A stretch of 64,000 nucleotides of DNA from Eledone cirrhosa (GCA_964016885.1 OZ024754.1:44950001-45014000); one strand, 5' to 3'; positions 1 to 13,721 are shown, counted from the first letter of the stretch. A program made the numbers and translations. Notes: generated from the sequence alone by a model not told the origin.

Positions 1-85
1 TGATTTGTGATTGCCTCAAACAACTCGATTAGTACCTGCTATATGGTAGCTACGACTTCGATATATACCTAATATAATTACAAAT

Positions 86-124
<39 letters not shown>

Positions 125-827
125 CTTTGATAGGCGAAGACGACCACTCACGGTGAATTTGCGACAATCAACAAAACAAGGTATTGATAGATGCAATTGG
201 TCATTGGAGGACTGCCTCATGTGTCTCAATATGCTGGAGCTTCTAAGCAGGGCCTATGAGAGGTGGGTACAGTCGGTACTTTGTTCCCCCCCCCCCCCCC
301 CCAAAAAAAAAAACCATGCAACATCCATTTTGAGAAAAATCTTTGCCTGATTCAGGCCCCAAAGTGGGTCTTCTACCGCCTTGTAAAATTTCTGTTGGAG
401 GTCCTGGTGGGGGAATCTTTATGTAATATAACGTGAGTCTGAATATTTGCAATGTTACTATGTTGAGTGTGAACGTCTGTACTTTGTATGAACGTCTGTA
501 CTTTGTATGTTCAGCAGGTACTCACACACAAACACACACACACACACACATACAAACACCATCTCCCCCACATCTCATAACTATCTCACCACCGGCTCCA
601 CCACCGCCATCACCATCACCACACCGCCTCCACCCCCACCCTCCATTTCCCAACTATTTCCACACCATCTCCACACCCTCAACAAACCATCTCCCCACAC
701 CACCTCCCCACCGTTTCTGCACCATCCTTTGTAATTCTATCGGTCTCCAAATAAAATCTAGGTTAGGAATCTTGGAAAGAAGAGAGGGAACGAGAGAGAG
801 AGAGAGAGAGTGAGAGAGAGAGTGAGT

Positions 828-859
<32 letters not shown>

Positions 860-997
860 CTAAATAAAGAAAGTTACAGAGAGTTGTATATGTAATTATA
901 TGTAGATAGAAAGATTTAGGTGTGTATCATAAGCTTAAGTTAATATATGATGGGTATTCTAGGGTGATATCCTGATAGCGGCTCTATAACACACACA

Positions 998-1064
<67 letters not shown>

Positions 1065-1364
1065 AGTGTGTTTGTAAGTGAGTAAGTGTATGTGTGTATA
1101 GTAATATTAATTTTTCACGCCCAGAGATTCTGTGGTGTTAATCAAACAAGAGATAAATTACCCCCCCCCCCCCCCCCACACTCTCTTCTCCTCTGGATAA
1201 GTCATCGGTTTATTCCTATATGGCAGATACCTCCACCCCTGGGAGGTATTAAAGTTGGCATTGCAAGACAACGAATCCTTGGTAATTTCATAGTACAGTA
1301 CTACGATAAGTGATGCCTCTCCCCTTCCTGGAACACTTACCAGGAGCTACATAGGTACTATAGA

Positions 1365-1480
1365 TAGTGGATTGGCAGAGTCGTTAGAACGTCGAATAGA
1401 ATGTCATGTTCTATTTGTTAGGAATCTTTACGTTATGAGTTCAAATTCCATTGAGGTCAACTTTGGCTGTCATCATTTCA
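1365..1480 (+). mobile_element. tRNA-derived SINE (major family), partial
   Basis: A-box-like TGGCAGAGTCG and B-box GTTCAAATTCC followed by GAGGTCAACTTTG. Confidence 0.7.
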
Positions 1481-1516
1481 AGTTCTTCCACCCTCATTTC
1501 CTCTCTTATAGTATCC

Positions 1517-1572
<56 letters not shown>

Positions 1573-1772
1573 AAGTACTCCCTCTCTCTTCCATCCTTCT
1601 ATTCCAATCAGTTCTAAGGAACTAAATAATATACGCTACCCTCCTGTAAACACAACACAAAGAAAAGCCGTTAACCTACAAAGACCCTGCCCTAACACGC
1701 CAAACCCAGCCCTAACCCCCCAAACTCTGTCCCAACCCCCAAAGATTGCCCTAATCACAAAAGGCAACTCAC

Positions 1773-1831
1773 CTGTCCAGCAGTATCACAAAGCTGTAGG
1801 CTGACCGGCTTGTTGTTGACGGACACAACCA
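1773..1831 (-). CDS. RHOU: RhoU/RhoV-like GTPase, coding exon 2 (VVVSVNNKPVSLQLCDTAGQ)
   Basis: Minus strand reads tttctctgtttacag|TGGTTGTG...GCTGGACAG|gtgagt: canonical acceptor and donor, 59 nt. Phase-1 start matches exon 1. Encodes the RhoU/V-type LQLCDTAGQ G3 motif (other Rho proteins have LWDTAGQ). Not in the ORF track. Confidence 0.93.
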
Positions 1832-2009
1832 CTGTAAACAGAGAAATATAGAGAACAGTCTATTGTTACATTTATCGTGTTGTGAAGTTTTATGAAAGAT
1901 AAACTGTAATACAATATCTTGAATGAAAGAAAGTGGTGATAGCTAGAGAGACAGACAGACTGATAGACAGGCAGATAAGGCAGATAGATAGACAGGCAGA
2001 CAGATAGAT

Positions 2010-2700
2010 ATATTTCTTTTATTTGCCACTAGGGCATCAAAAGTGGGACAAGTACAAAGGGGGGAGTTTACACAAAAAGGCGTCCTCAATAAGGAGAAGG
2101 CAATAACAAAATATAAAAATAAAATAAGATATAACAAAAAATAAAATTTTTAACAAAATCCTCAATAGAGAGGAGGCGCCTTGTGGGGTCGCACACACCC
2201 CCGAAAAAAGTGTGCAACCCTTCTCCTCAGGAGCACAGAGAAGGGGTGCTCCCTTGGTCTTTCATCTTCCTCACCTATAGTCTGATGTAGAGTGAAGGCC
2301 CATTCACACGGGCCATTCTCGCCACTTTCACCCATCTTTCATAGAAACGGCTGGGGTGCAGCACCTCTCTCTCCATCCTGATCCTTCTTCCGAAATGATA
2401 TCGGAAGAAACGGACCAGTTGTTGGCCAGAGAGAAAGGTGCCCGACCTCAGTCCTTTCAGACGCGTCCACCATACAACCTCTTTCGCCATGGCTATTACG
2501 CACAGAAACACCGCCTCTGCTTCATCTTTGAAGGGGGGAGGCGGCTTGATCATTACAATAGACTCGGTGGTCAACCGGATCGGTCCCACCCTTGACAGCA
2601 GTTGTTCGACATAGCCCCACAGATCGGCTACGCCCGAGCAGTGTACTAATGCGTGTGCAACGGTTTCCTCGTCGCACACGCATCTGGGACAGATCTTTTT
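2010..2700 (-). mobile_element. 5'-truncated L1/Tx1-like LINE 3' end (CCHC zinc knuckle plus 3' UTR), copy 1
   Basis: ORF 2275-2799 contains CPRCVCDEETVAHALVHC...LW (zf-RVT-like CxxC-E-HxxxxC). The minus-strand 3' UTR ends in AATAAAGAAATA. Confidence 0.8.
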
Positions 2701-2751
2701 GGCAGACAGATAGATAGACAGGCAGATAGATAGACAGGCAGATAAATAGAT

Positions 2752-3195
2752 ATATTTCTTTATTAGCCACAGGGGCACAAAAGAAGGGGACAAATACAAA
2801 GGGGGAAGTTTACATACAATAAAAACGTGTAAAATGTTATCACAGATGGAATTTAAAAGTTAGTCGATTTTCCCCAATAGAGGGAGACAGTTTATATGGG
2901 TAACACATACCCCCGAAAAAAAAAGTGCAACCCTCATCTCCAGGAGTACGAAGAGCTTGTACTCCTTTCCTCTCCTCCTCCTTTTCCTCAATTTACAGGC
3001 TGATATAGAGAGAAGGCCCATTCACTCGGGCCATTCTCGCCACTTTCACCCACCTTTCATAAAACTTGCTGGGGTACAGCACCTCTCTCTGCATCCTGGG
3101 GTACAGCACCTCTCTCTCCATCCTGATTCTTCTTACAAAGTGGTATTTGAAAAAAAGAATCAGTTGTTGGCCGGGGAGAAAGGTGTCTGACCTCA
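2752..3195 (-). mobile_element. Shorter 5'-truncated copy 2 of the same Tx1-like LINE
   Basis: FLPGQQLILFFKYHF...FYERWVKVARMARVNGPSLY matches copy 1. Same 3' terminus. Confidence 0.8.
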
Positions 3196-3416
3196 GGCAG
3201 ATAAATAGATAGACAGGCAGATAAATAGATAGACAGGCAGATAAATAGATAGACAGGCAGATAAATAGACAGGCAGATAGATAGACAGGCAGATAAATAG
3301 ATAGACAGACAGATAAATAGACAGGAAGATAGATAGACAGGCAGATAAATAGATAGACAGAGAGACAGATATATATAAATATATATATTTGTGTGTGTAT
3401 GTATATATATATATAT

Positions 3417-3625
3417 AACAAAGGAATTGTGGTAAGGAACCAGATGGACCATAACGCACCAGAGTACTCAATATTTAGGGTAGTAGAGTGGGTAATATAG
3501 GAAAAAAAAATATGACCCCTATTTTTGGACTAAATTAGAATTTTTAGCCTGGTGAATTCTAATTTAGTCCAGAAATAGCCGTCGAAACGGCTTGAGCTCT
3601 GCCGCCGGGGTCATATTTTCTTTTG

Positions 3626-3627
<2 letters not shown>
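3417..3627. mobile_element. Family B hammerhead-half palindromic element
   Basis: GCCGTC-GAAA-CGGC...GCCG-CC-GGGGTC with inverted arms, family tail on the minus strand at 3417-3500, flanked by (TA)n. Confidence 0.65.
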
Positions 3628-3677
<50 letters not shown>

Positions 3678-4426
3678 GTATATACATATATATATACGCC
3701 CAGGTTATATATTCTACTTTTTCGCCCACTTATTCCTGAAAGGGTCTTCGAAGTGTATGAGGCAGGTGCGTGTGTTTGTTTGTGGGCGTGAGTGTGTGTG
3801 CGTGTGTGTGTGTATGTCTATGTGGGCGTGTGTGTGTGTGTGTATGTGTATATAGGCGTGTGTGCGTGTGTGTGTGGCAGCGATTATGTATAAATATTTC
3901 AGAGTGAATCATGAAAAGGATAATTAAAATGATTAGAATGACCACGATGATGATGATGATGATGATTATCAGAATCGACTTCGTTCTTTGTCGTGACAGG
4001 AAGACGAAAGAAATTAAGTTGATGACGATAAGGACGATGTGATGAAACACACATTAACACACACAGTCACCACCACACTCACACACACACACAGTCACCA
4101 CCACACTCACACACACACACAGTCACCACCACACTCACACACACACAGTCACCACCACACTCACATACACACACACACACAGTCACGACCACACTCACAT
4201 ACACACACACACACACACACAGTCACGACCACACTCACAGTCACCACCACACTCACATACACACACACACACATATATATATATACATACACATCCTACC
4301 CAACACAATCACATTCTCATACACACACATATATGTATACACACACATATATATACACACACACACACATATATATATATACATACACACGCACATATAT
4401 ATGTATACACATATATATATACATGC

Positions 4427-4459
<33 letters not shown>

Positions 4460-4724
4460 CATCCACTCCAACACACACACACACATACATACCCCCCCCC
4501 TACACACTCTCCTCCATACCCCCCCCCCCGCCATATATAGCCTCATGATTGTCGTATGTCCAATGTCAATAATAATTATGTTAACACCTTTCATTGCAGT
4601 AGTAGCAGTGGTGGTGGTAGTATCAGTAGTAGTAAGAGGAGGGGGAGGGGGAGGTGTCCTCTCTACGTCATCAGGTCAACGTACGCCCTCTGGTGACTTC
4701 TTTCACAAATATTATGTGATTGTC

Positions 4725-4845
4725 ATCTGATTTCAAATGCCGCCGAGGTTAACTTTGCCTTTCATCCTTACGGGGTCGATAAAATAAAGTACCAGTAATA
4801 CACTGGGTAATTTGCTGGCCTTGTGCCTAAAGTAGAAACAATTAT
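4725..4845 (+). mobile_element. SINE (major family), 5'-truncated
   Basis: GCCGAGGTTAACTTTGCCTTTCATCCTTACGGGGTCGATAAAATAAAGTACCAG core, shared with many copies in the window. Confidence 0.8.
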
Positions 4846-5096
4846 GTGATTGTCATGGAACTTTCGTGTGAGAATACAAAGCTGTTTTCTCCGTTGATTT
4901 CCTTGGGGAAGGGGGGGGGGGGTTGATAACAAAACCACACAAAGGTTAGATACAGAGAAGTTCTCACTACACCTACCCGGAAGAAATCACTGCTAGGCCA
5001 CTACGACACACATATATTTATTTATTTATGTATTTCTTCTTTATCTTTACCCGTAACTCCAGATAGAGTGGTAGGAGTGTCGTACTGACATAAGGA

Positions 5097-5372
5097 GTTT
5101 CTTGGCCATTTTAAGCCTGATGGAGCCCATCCCTCCCCAGGCCTGAGTACAACAGATTTCTTCCAGAGAAAGATAAAAAGTGAGAGAGAGGAAATGAGAA
5201 AGAGATATAGAAGAAGAATCGACCCCAGTATTAGACTGGTACTTTTTTTCGACCTCGAAAAGATGAACAGCAAAGTTGACCTCGGTGGGATTTGAACTCC
5301 GAGAGCAGAGAGCTGGAATTAATACCATAAAGTATTCTATCTGATATTCTAACAACTCTGACAATTCGCCGC
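5097..5372 (-). mobile_element. SINE, alternative-tail subfamily
   Basis: Reverse core CAAAGTTGACCTCGGTGGGATTTGAACTC. Tail CTCTGGAAGAAATCTG is shared with the copies at 43900 and 49408. Confidence 0.75.
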
Positions 5373-5683
5373 CTTTTGTATTTATTAAATCAACTTAAAT
5401 GTCCATATAGAGCTAGTAAGCCATGACAGACAAGGGGAGTTGTCTAGTACCCATTATATATAAGAAACAAAACCGAGATAGACAACGGGAAGACCAACAA
5501 GAGGTAAATGAGGCCTAAATAAGTGAAAAACAATGGCAGCTTTAAAGCAGCTAAAAGTTTCTCTTGAATCTTTTCATAATATTCATGTACTGAAAGATCT
5601 TGTTTATAGATGGTAGGTCTTTGACAATGTGCTGTATATCCAATCTTGCTAGTTTTTTCAATATTTAGCTTCAAGATAGTGAA

Positions 5684-5895
5684 GGCTTGTGGCAGATTGG
5701 TTAGGGAACTGGATTCGCAATCGTGAGGTTGTTCGTTCGATTCCCGGCGCGGCGATGCGTTATGTCCTTGAGCAAGACACTTTATTTCACGTTACTCCTT
5801 CTACCTGGAGTTGCAACCGATAGATAGTATTAGCAATTGGCAAGACCAACGGAAACATTGTTTCCTCAGTCCGATTTGACGAAAGTCAATCGACA
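5684..5895 (+). mobile_element. tRNA-headed SINE with CORE-like domain
   Basis: TGGCAGATTGG (A box), GTTCGATTCCC (B box), then TGTCCTTGAGCAAGACACTT. A truncated second copy lies at 9512-9642. Confidence 0.7.
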
Positions 5896-7967
5896 ATTTT
5901 TTTTTTTAGCTCCAAGATGACTTCTCTCTCTGACAATATGCTGTTTCTTTGAAATCCTTTTTCAAAATTGTATGTCAACTATATTTCTCAAACTTAAGTC
6001 ATACAATAAAGGAAATATTAAGAAAAGATAAAATAAAAATTAAGTAATGAAAAAGAGAGGGAAGGTGTAAAGAAGAGCAGATCTGGCTGTATGGGAGAGT
6101 AGAGGAAAGGACTATCAATGACATAAATGAGAGGAAAAGGTGACGCAAAAGGTTTGAGAACCCCCGGACTATACAGATATTCCATTTCGATCGATCTGGT
6201 TATTGAGATATTGAGAAGTAATGGTGATTGATATGGAACCATTTACTGGGTATTTAGTGCCTAGTTTAAGCTCTATAATGTGCAGCACCTGCTCTTGGTT
6301 ATGCCCTCCACTCCACCAAAACATTATTTCAACACGAGTTGATATGTATTAGTAAAATAATATATATACATAGACATATAATTTGACATACCCTGGTATA
6401 CATACATACCCTTATATATATATATATGTATATGTATATATATATATGCACTCAAATTTACATACCAACCCAGTGTCTGTTGCCCCTCCCCCCAGACCAT
6501 ATCACTCTACCCCTCACCTGACCTACTATACTGTCCTCCAGTTACCTATTACGCTATCTATACTATTTTCCCACGCTAATAAACAACAGCCCCCCCCCCC
6601 CCCCTTCTACATCTCCATCACATCTCATCTCTCTGTCACCCCCTCTCTCTCTGTCACTCCCTCCCCCTCTCTCTCTCCGTCTGTCTGTCTGTCAGTTTGT
6701 CTCTCTGTCTCTCTCTTTGTTTCTGTCACACACACACACACACTCTCTCTCTTTCTCTTTCAGTCTGTTTCTGTCTGGCCCACTCTCTGTCACTTCCCCT
6801 CTCCCATCCTCCTCTCTCTCACTCCCCCCTCTCACTCTCTCTCTCGCTCCCCCTCTCACACTCTCTCTCGCCCCCTCTCCCTCTCTCTCATCTCCATTAC
6901 ATCTTTATTCTCTTCTTTCTTCCCACCTACTTTGAATTCATCCTACACCCTAAGGCAATGTACTGTAAATACACACACACATACATATACATACACATAC
7001 ACACACACATACATACATATACATACACATACACACACACATACATACACATACACATACATACATATACATACACATACATATACATACATATACATAC
7101 ATACACACTCACACACACACATACATACATATACATACACACATACATATTCATACACATACATATATACACACATACATAAACACATATATACATACAC
7201 ACATATACACATACATATATACACACATATATAAACACATATATACACATATATATATACACACATATATATACACATATATACACACATATACACACAT
7301 ATATACACATATATATACACATATATATACACACATATATACACACATATACACACATATATACATACATATATACACACATATATATACATATATACAC
7401 ATATATATACACATATATACCTACATATATACATACATATATACACATATATACACACATATATACACACATATATACATACATATATACGCATACATAT
7501 ATACACACATATATACACACATATAAAAAAAAAAAGGTTGCAAATCTTACAACTAGAGAAAAGAGGTGACTGGGTGTGTGTGTGTGTGTGTGTGTGAATG
7601 TGTGTGTGTGTGTGTGTGTGTGCGCGTGTGAGTGTATGTGTGCGTGTGTGAGTGAATATGTGAGTGTGTGAGTGTATGTGTGCATGTGTGAGTGAATATG
7701 TGAGTGTGTATGTGTATGTGTGTGCGAATGAGTGTATGTGAGTGAGTGCATGTATGTGTGTAAGTGTGTATGTGTGTGTGTGATCATGTGTTTGAGTGTA
7801 TATGAGTGAGTGTATGTACGAATGTGTATGCGTGAGTGTGTATGTGTGTGCCTATGGAATTCTATCCACTGTGAATGTGTGAGAGTGTGTGTGTATATAT
7901 GTATGTAAGTATAACTGTTCACGTCTGTGTATATGTGTGTATGTAAAAGTATGCGTATGTATGTGAG

Positions 7968-8300
7968 TTTTAGTATGCGTATGTATGTGTTTGTGTGTGA
8001 GTTTCAGTATGCGTATGTATGTGTTTGTGCGTGAGTTTCAGTATGCATATGTATGTGTTTGTGTGTGAGTTTCAGTATGCATATGTATGTGTTTGTGCGT
8101 GAGTTTCAGTATGCATATGTATGTGTTTGTGTGTGAGTTTCAGTATGCGTATGTATGTGTTTGTGTGTGAGTTTCAGTATGCGTATGTATGTGTTTGTGT
8201 GTGAGTTTCAGTATGCGTATGTATGTGTTTGTGTGTGAGTTTCAGTATGCATATGTATGTGTTTGTGTGTGAGTTTCAGTATGCGTATGTATATGTTTGT
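7968..8300. repeat. 34-bp minisatellite, about 10 copies
   Basis: Unit GAGTTTCAGTATGCGTATGTATGTGTTTGTGTGT. Confidence 0.9.
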
Positions 8301-8567
8301 ATGAAAACCATATAAGGGATTCGAAAGGAACGCCTCACAAGAAGGGAACAGCTGGAAGAGACCCTAAAATTGGTACAATTTTATTTAGGGGCCAACAGAA
8401 TCCTAAGCATGCAGCACCTCTCTTACAATAGACTCGGTCGAGGGAAATGGTATGTGTGTATGTGTGAAGGATCGTCGTATATATGTATATATGTATGTGT
8501 ATATAAGTATGTATGTATATATATACATATCATCATCATCATCATTTGATGTGTGTGTACGTACATG

Positions 8568-8605
<38 letters not shown>

Positions 8606-8623
8606 CATATATATATTTAAATG

Positions 8624-8654
<31 letters not shown>

Positions 8655-8707
8655 GTACGCACACACACATCAAATGATGAAGATATATATATGCACACAC
8701 ACACACC

Positions 8708-8747
<40 letters not shown>

Positions 8748-9044
8748 TATATACAGGGATCTATGTATGTATAGGTGGCAGCAAGTGTACACAGGCCGTC
8801 GGATGTAAACCTCCACTACTGTGGCTATACTTTCACATATCAATTGCACTAAATGACCTACATTACACAACTAACCAATTACATAAACACCACAATATAT
8901 ATATATATATACATAATTAAAGAATTCCTTTATAACTTCGTATATATTCCCGCATAGATATTCCCACATATATACACACACGGACACGAACACACACACA
9001 CAAGAATAAAAGTATGGTTACATATATATACACACGCATACAAC

Positions 9045-9079
<35 letters not shown>

Positions 9080-9254
9080 AGATATAACTTGTTTTTGCCT
9101 GTTTTATTGTGTCCCAATGTGCACTGGAATAAAAGTTTCGACCTTAATGAACCGAAATCATAGCGATTTCCAGAGGTTGATTGAGGAGATGGGACCGTCT
9201 GACGTTTCGTTGTTTTTTATCCATTGTCTTTCTCCTGTGCTCTCCCTATTTTGA

Positions 9255-9301
<47 letters not shown>

Positions 9302-9389
9302 CAGGCACACAGGGCAACTCAGAATTTGCGAATGAAATGAAAATATACAGTTGAAAAAAATCAACGTTAGACACACCCACTCTTACATA

Positions 9390-9448
<59 letters not shown>

Positions 9449-9511
9449 ATGTAGACCTATCTAGTTCTCGTTCACACACACACACATATACATATATATA
9501 TATATATATAT

Positions 9512-9641
9512 TCTTGAGCAAGACACTTTATTTCACGTTCCTCCTTCTACCCGGAGTTGCGACCGATAGATAGTATTAGCAACTGGAAAGACCAACGGAA
9601 ACATTGTTTCCTCGGTCCGATTTGACGAAAGTCGATCGATC

Positions 9642-9642
<1 letters not shown>
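9512..9642 (+). mobile_element. 5'-truncated CORE-like SINE copy
   Basis: Near-identical to 5766-5895. Confidence 0.7.
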
Positions 9643-9695
<53 letters not shown>

Positions 9696-10026
9696 GGCGT
9701 CCGAAAAAATGTATATACACTTCAACAACATTCTAATAAATATTGACTGTACAGGTAAACAACTTGTGTATACACACACACACGCACACATATACATATA
9801 TATAAGTGAGAGAGAGAGAGAGAGAGAGAGACTGATACGTTTACGTAGGTTTACAGGTGTGTCGTTCGAATTCCAGTAATGTCTTTTTTAACTGTCACAT
9901 TTTTACACCCACCCACACCTGCTGTACCCACCCACACCTGCTGTACCCACCCACACCTCTATATACCCACCACTTCTATATACCTACATCTAATAGTAGC
10001 TTACACTTCTGTATACCCACCCACTT

Positions 10027-11150
10027 CTCTATATATCCACATCTACCACTACCTACCTCGTCTATATATCCACATCTACCACTACCAACCTCGTCTATAT
10101 ACCTACATCTACCTCTACCTACCTCGTCTATATACCAACATCTACCTCTACCTACCTCGTCTATATACCAACATCTACCACTACCTACCTCGTCTATATG
10201 TCCACATCTACCACTACCAACCTCGTCTATATACTCACATCTACCACTACCTACCTCGTCTATATACCAACATCTACCACTACCTACCTCGTCTATATGT
10301 CCACATCTACCATTACCTACCTCGTCTATATACACACATCTACCACTACCTACCTCGTCTATATACTCACATCTACCACTACCTACCTCGTCTATATACT
10401 CACATCTACCACTACCTACCTCGTCTATATACCAACATCTACCACTACCTACCTCGTCTATATACCAACATCTACCACTACCTACCTCGTCTATATGTCC
10501 ACATCTACCACTACCTACCTCGTCTATATACTCACATCTACCACTACCTACCTCGTCTATATACCAACATCTACCACTACCTACCTCGTCTATATACCAA
10601 CATCTACCACTACCTACCTCGTCTATATGTCCACATCTACCACTACCTACCTCGTCTATATACCAACATCTACCACTACCTACCTCGTCTATATACTCCA
10701 CATCTACCACTACCTACCTCGTCTATATATCCACATCTACCACTACCTACCTCGTCTATATACTCACATCTACCACTACCTACCTCGTCTATATACCAAC
10801 ATCTACCACTACCTACCTCGTCTATATACACACATCTACCACTACCTACCTCGTCTATATACTCACATCTACCACTACCTACCTCGTCTATATACTCCAC
10901 ATCTACCACTACCTACCTCGTCTATATACTCACATCTACCACTACCTACCTCGTCTATATACTCCACATCTACCACTACCTACCTCGTCTATATACTCCA
11001 CATCTACCACTACCTACCTCGTCTATATACTCACATCTACCTCTACCAACCTCGTCTATATATCCACATCTACCTCTACCAACCTCGTCTATATGTCCAC
11101 ATCTACCACTACCTACCTCGTCTATATGTCCACATCTACCACTACCTACC
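10027..11150. repeat. 33/34-bp minisatellite, about 34 copies
   Basis: Unit CATCTACCACTACCTACCTCGTCTATATACYMA. It produces the HLPLPTSSIY pseudo-ORFs. Confidence 0.95.
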
Positions 11151-11529
11151 TTCCAATACTCTGATCCCTCTGTACCCACGATCTACGACAGCAACAGCAA
11201 CAACAACAGCAGCAGCAATGACAACAACAACAACAAAAACAACAACTACAACAACATCAACGGCAACAACTACAACAACAACGCTAAAAACAACCCCACC
11301 ACCACCACCACCACCACCACTACTATCACCACCACCACCACCACCACTACTATCACCACCACCACCACCACCACCACCACCACCACCACTACTATCACCA
11401 CCACCACCACTACCACTTACAACAACAACAACACTAGTTACATCAGCAGAAACAGTAACATTAAAATGGCTGCTACCACTGCCGCTGTTGTTGCTACAAA
11501 TGCAGCTGATATTGCTGCTGCCGTTGCTG

Positions 11530-11817
11530 CTGCTACAGCTGTTATTACTGTTGTTGTTGTTGTTGCTGTTACTGTTGTGCTGCTGCCGGTGCTGCTGCTA
11601 CAGCTGTTATTACTGCTGCTGTTGTTGCTGTTACTGTTGTGCTGCTGCTACAGCTGTTATTACTGCTGCTGTTGTTGCTGCTACTGTTGTGCTGCTGCTA
11701 CAGCTGTTATTACTGCTGCTGTTGTTGCTGTTACTGTTGTGCTGCTGCTACAGCTGTTATTACTGCTGCTGTTGTTGCTGTTACTGTTGTGCTGCTGCCG
11801 GTGCTGCTGCTACAGCT
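11530..11817. repeat. 50-bp GCT/GTT-derived minisatellite
   Basis: GCTGCTGCTACAGCTGTTATTACTGC... recurs at 11591, 11641, 11691 and 11741. Confidence 0.85.
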
Positions 11818-11879
11818 GATATTGCTTGCTAATCAATTTATTGCTCCAGATACAATATACCTGTACACGTTAGTTTATT

Positions 11880-11942
11880 GGATGGTGGTGGTGGTGCTGG
11901 TAGTGCTGGTAGTGGTGGTGGTGATGGTGGTGGTGGTGGTGG

Positions 11943-11973
<31 letters not shown>

Positions 11974-12027
11974 GGTGGTGGTGATGGTGGTGGTGGTGGT
12001 GGTGGTGATGGTGGTGGTGGTGGTGGT

Positions 12028-12060
<33 letters not shown>

Positions 12061-12110
12061 AGTGCTGGTAGTGGTGGTGGTGATGGTGGTGGTGGTGGTG
12101 GTGGTGGTGG

Positions 12111-12141
<31 letters not shown>

Positions 12142-12158
12142 GGTGGTGGTGATGGTGG

Positions 12159-12189
<31 letters not shown>

Positions 12190-12236
12190 AGTGCTGGTAG
12201 TGGTGGTGGTGATGGTGGTGGTGGTGGTGGTGGTGG

Positions 12237-12267
<31 letters not shown>

Positions 12268-12287
12268 AGTGGTGGTGGTGGTGGTGG

Positions 12288-12348
<61 letters not shown>

Positions 12349-12395
12349 AGTGCTGGTAGTGGTGGTGGTGATGGTGGTGGTGGTGGTGGTGGTGG

Positions 12396-12426
<31 letters not shown>

Positions 12427-12447
12427 AGTGCTGGTAGTGGTGGTGGT

Positions 12448-12480
<33 letters not shown>

Positions 12481-12752
12481 GGTGGTGGTGATGGTGGTGG
12501 TGGTGGTGGTGGTGCTGGTAGTGGTGGTGGTGATGGTGGTGGTGGTGGTGGTGGTGGTGGTGATGGTGGTGGTGGTGGTGGTGATGGTGGTGGTGGTGGT
12601 GATGGTGGTGGTGGTGGTGATGGTGGTGGTGGTGATGGTGGTGGTGATGGTGGTGGTGGTGGTGGTGATGGTGGTGGTGATGGTGGTGGTGGTGATGGTG
12701 GTGGTGGTGGTGGTGGTGGTGGTGGTAGTGCTGGTAGTGGTGGTGGTGATGG

Positions 12753-12783
<31 letters not shown>

Positions 12784-12804
12784 AGTGCTGGTAGTGGTGG
12801 TGGT

Positions 12805-12837
<33 letters not shown>

Positions 12838-13240
12838 GGTGGTGGTGATGGTGGTGGTGGTGGTGGTGGTGCTGGTAGTGGTGGTGGTGATGGTGGTGGT
12901 GGTGGTGGTGGTGGTGGTGGTGGTGGTGGTGATGGTGGTGGTGGCGGTGATGGTGGTGGTGGTGATGGTGGTGGTGATGGTGGTGGTGGTGATGGTGGTG
13001 GTGATGGTGGTGGTGGTGGTGGTGGTGGTGATGGTGGTGGTGGTGGTGATGGTGGTGATGGTGGTGGTGGTGGTGATGGTGGTGGTGGTGATGGTGGTGG
13101 TGATGGTGGTGGTGGTGATGGTGGTGGTGGTGGTGGTGATGGTGGTGGTGATGGTGGTGGTGGTGATGGTGGTGGTGGTGGTGATGGTGGTGGTGGTGAT
13201 GGTGGTGGTGATGGTGGTGGTGGCGGTGGTGGCGGTGGCA
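11880..13240. repeat. About 1.36-kb interrupted (GGT)n array
   Basis: GGT triplets with GAT and GCTGGTAGTGCTGGTAGT interruptions. Source of the poly-G/V/P/H ORFs. Confidence 0.95.
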
Positions 13241-13548
13241 GTCGTGTTTTAGGTAAAGATCGTCTGTTCCAGAAGCCATCACGATCTTCACCACCACCAC
13301 CACCACCACCACCACCACCACCACCTCCACAATCATCACTATCGCCGCCATCATTAGCACTATTCAACACCAACACCACCAACACCACTACTTCCATCTT
13401 CTTCAGCACTACCACCACCACCACCACCATTACACCACCACCACTACCACAACTACCCCACAACCAGCATCACCTCTACACACACACACACACATATATA
13501 TATATTAATTAAAATATTAACAAAATAGATATTCTTGTGATCAATTAA

Positions 13549-13614
13549 ATTTTATTATACATATTTCAGAGGTACTTGAATCAGGTTCAACAGTACGTCC
13601 TCATCAGATAAAAT
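13549..13614 (-). ncRNA. Type I minimal hammerhead ribozyme, sense to the RhoU pre-mRNA
   Basis: attttat-CTGATGA-ggacgtac..ttgaa/ttcaa..gtacctct-GAAA-tatgta-TA-ataaaat. Confidence 0.75.
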
Positions 13615-13721
13615 AAAATGATACATGACACACCCTGACATGTTAGATGGTTAAGATTTAATGACTACCTTGATTAAATCTTAACCATCTAACATGTCAG
13701 GGTATGTCATGTATCATTTTA

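Noticed and set aside
5444-5674. Non-repetitive 76-aa ORF
   Set aside because: No recognisable motif. It may be a decayed LINE piece but I cannot support that.
5684-5750. Possible tRNA gene
   Set aside because: No good acceptor stem, and it continues into a repeated SINE body.
6383-7922. YIYI/THTH/VCVC-type ORFs here and throughout the window
   Set aside because: Translations of (TA)n, (CA)n and (GA)n microsatellites.
9857-13512. Long ORFs (435-646 aa; poly-G, -V, -P, -H and HLPLPTSSIY)
   Set aside because: They are open in several frames on both strands because the repeats lack stop codons, and they lie within an intron.
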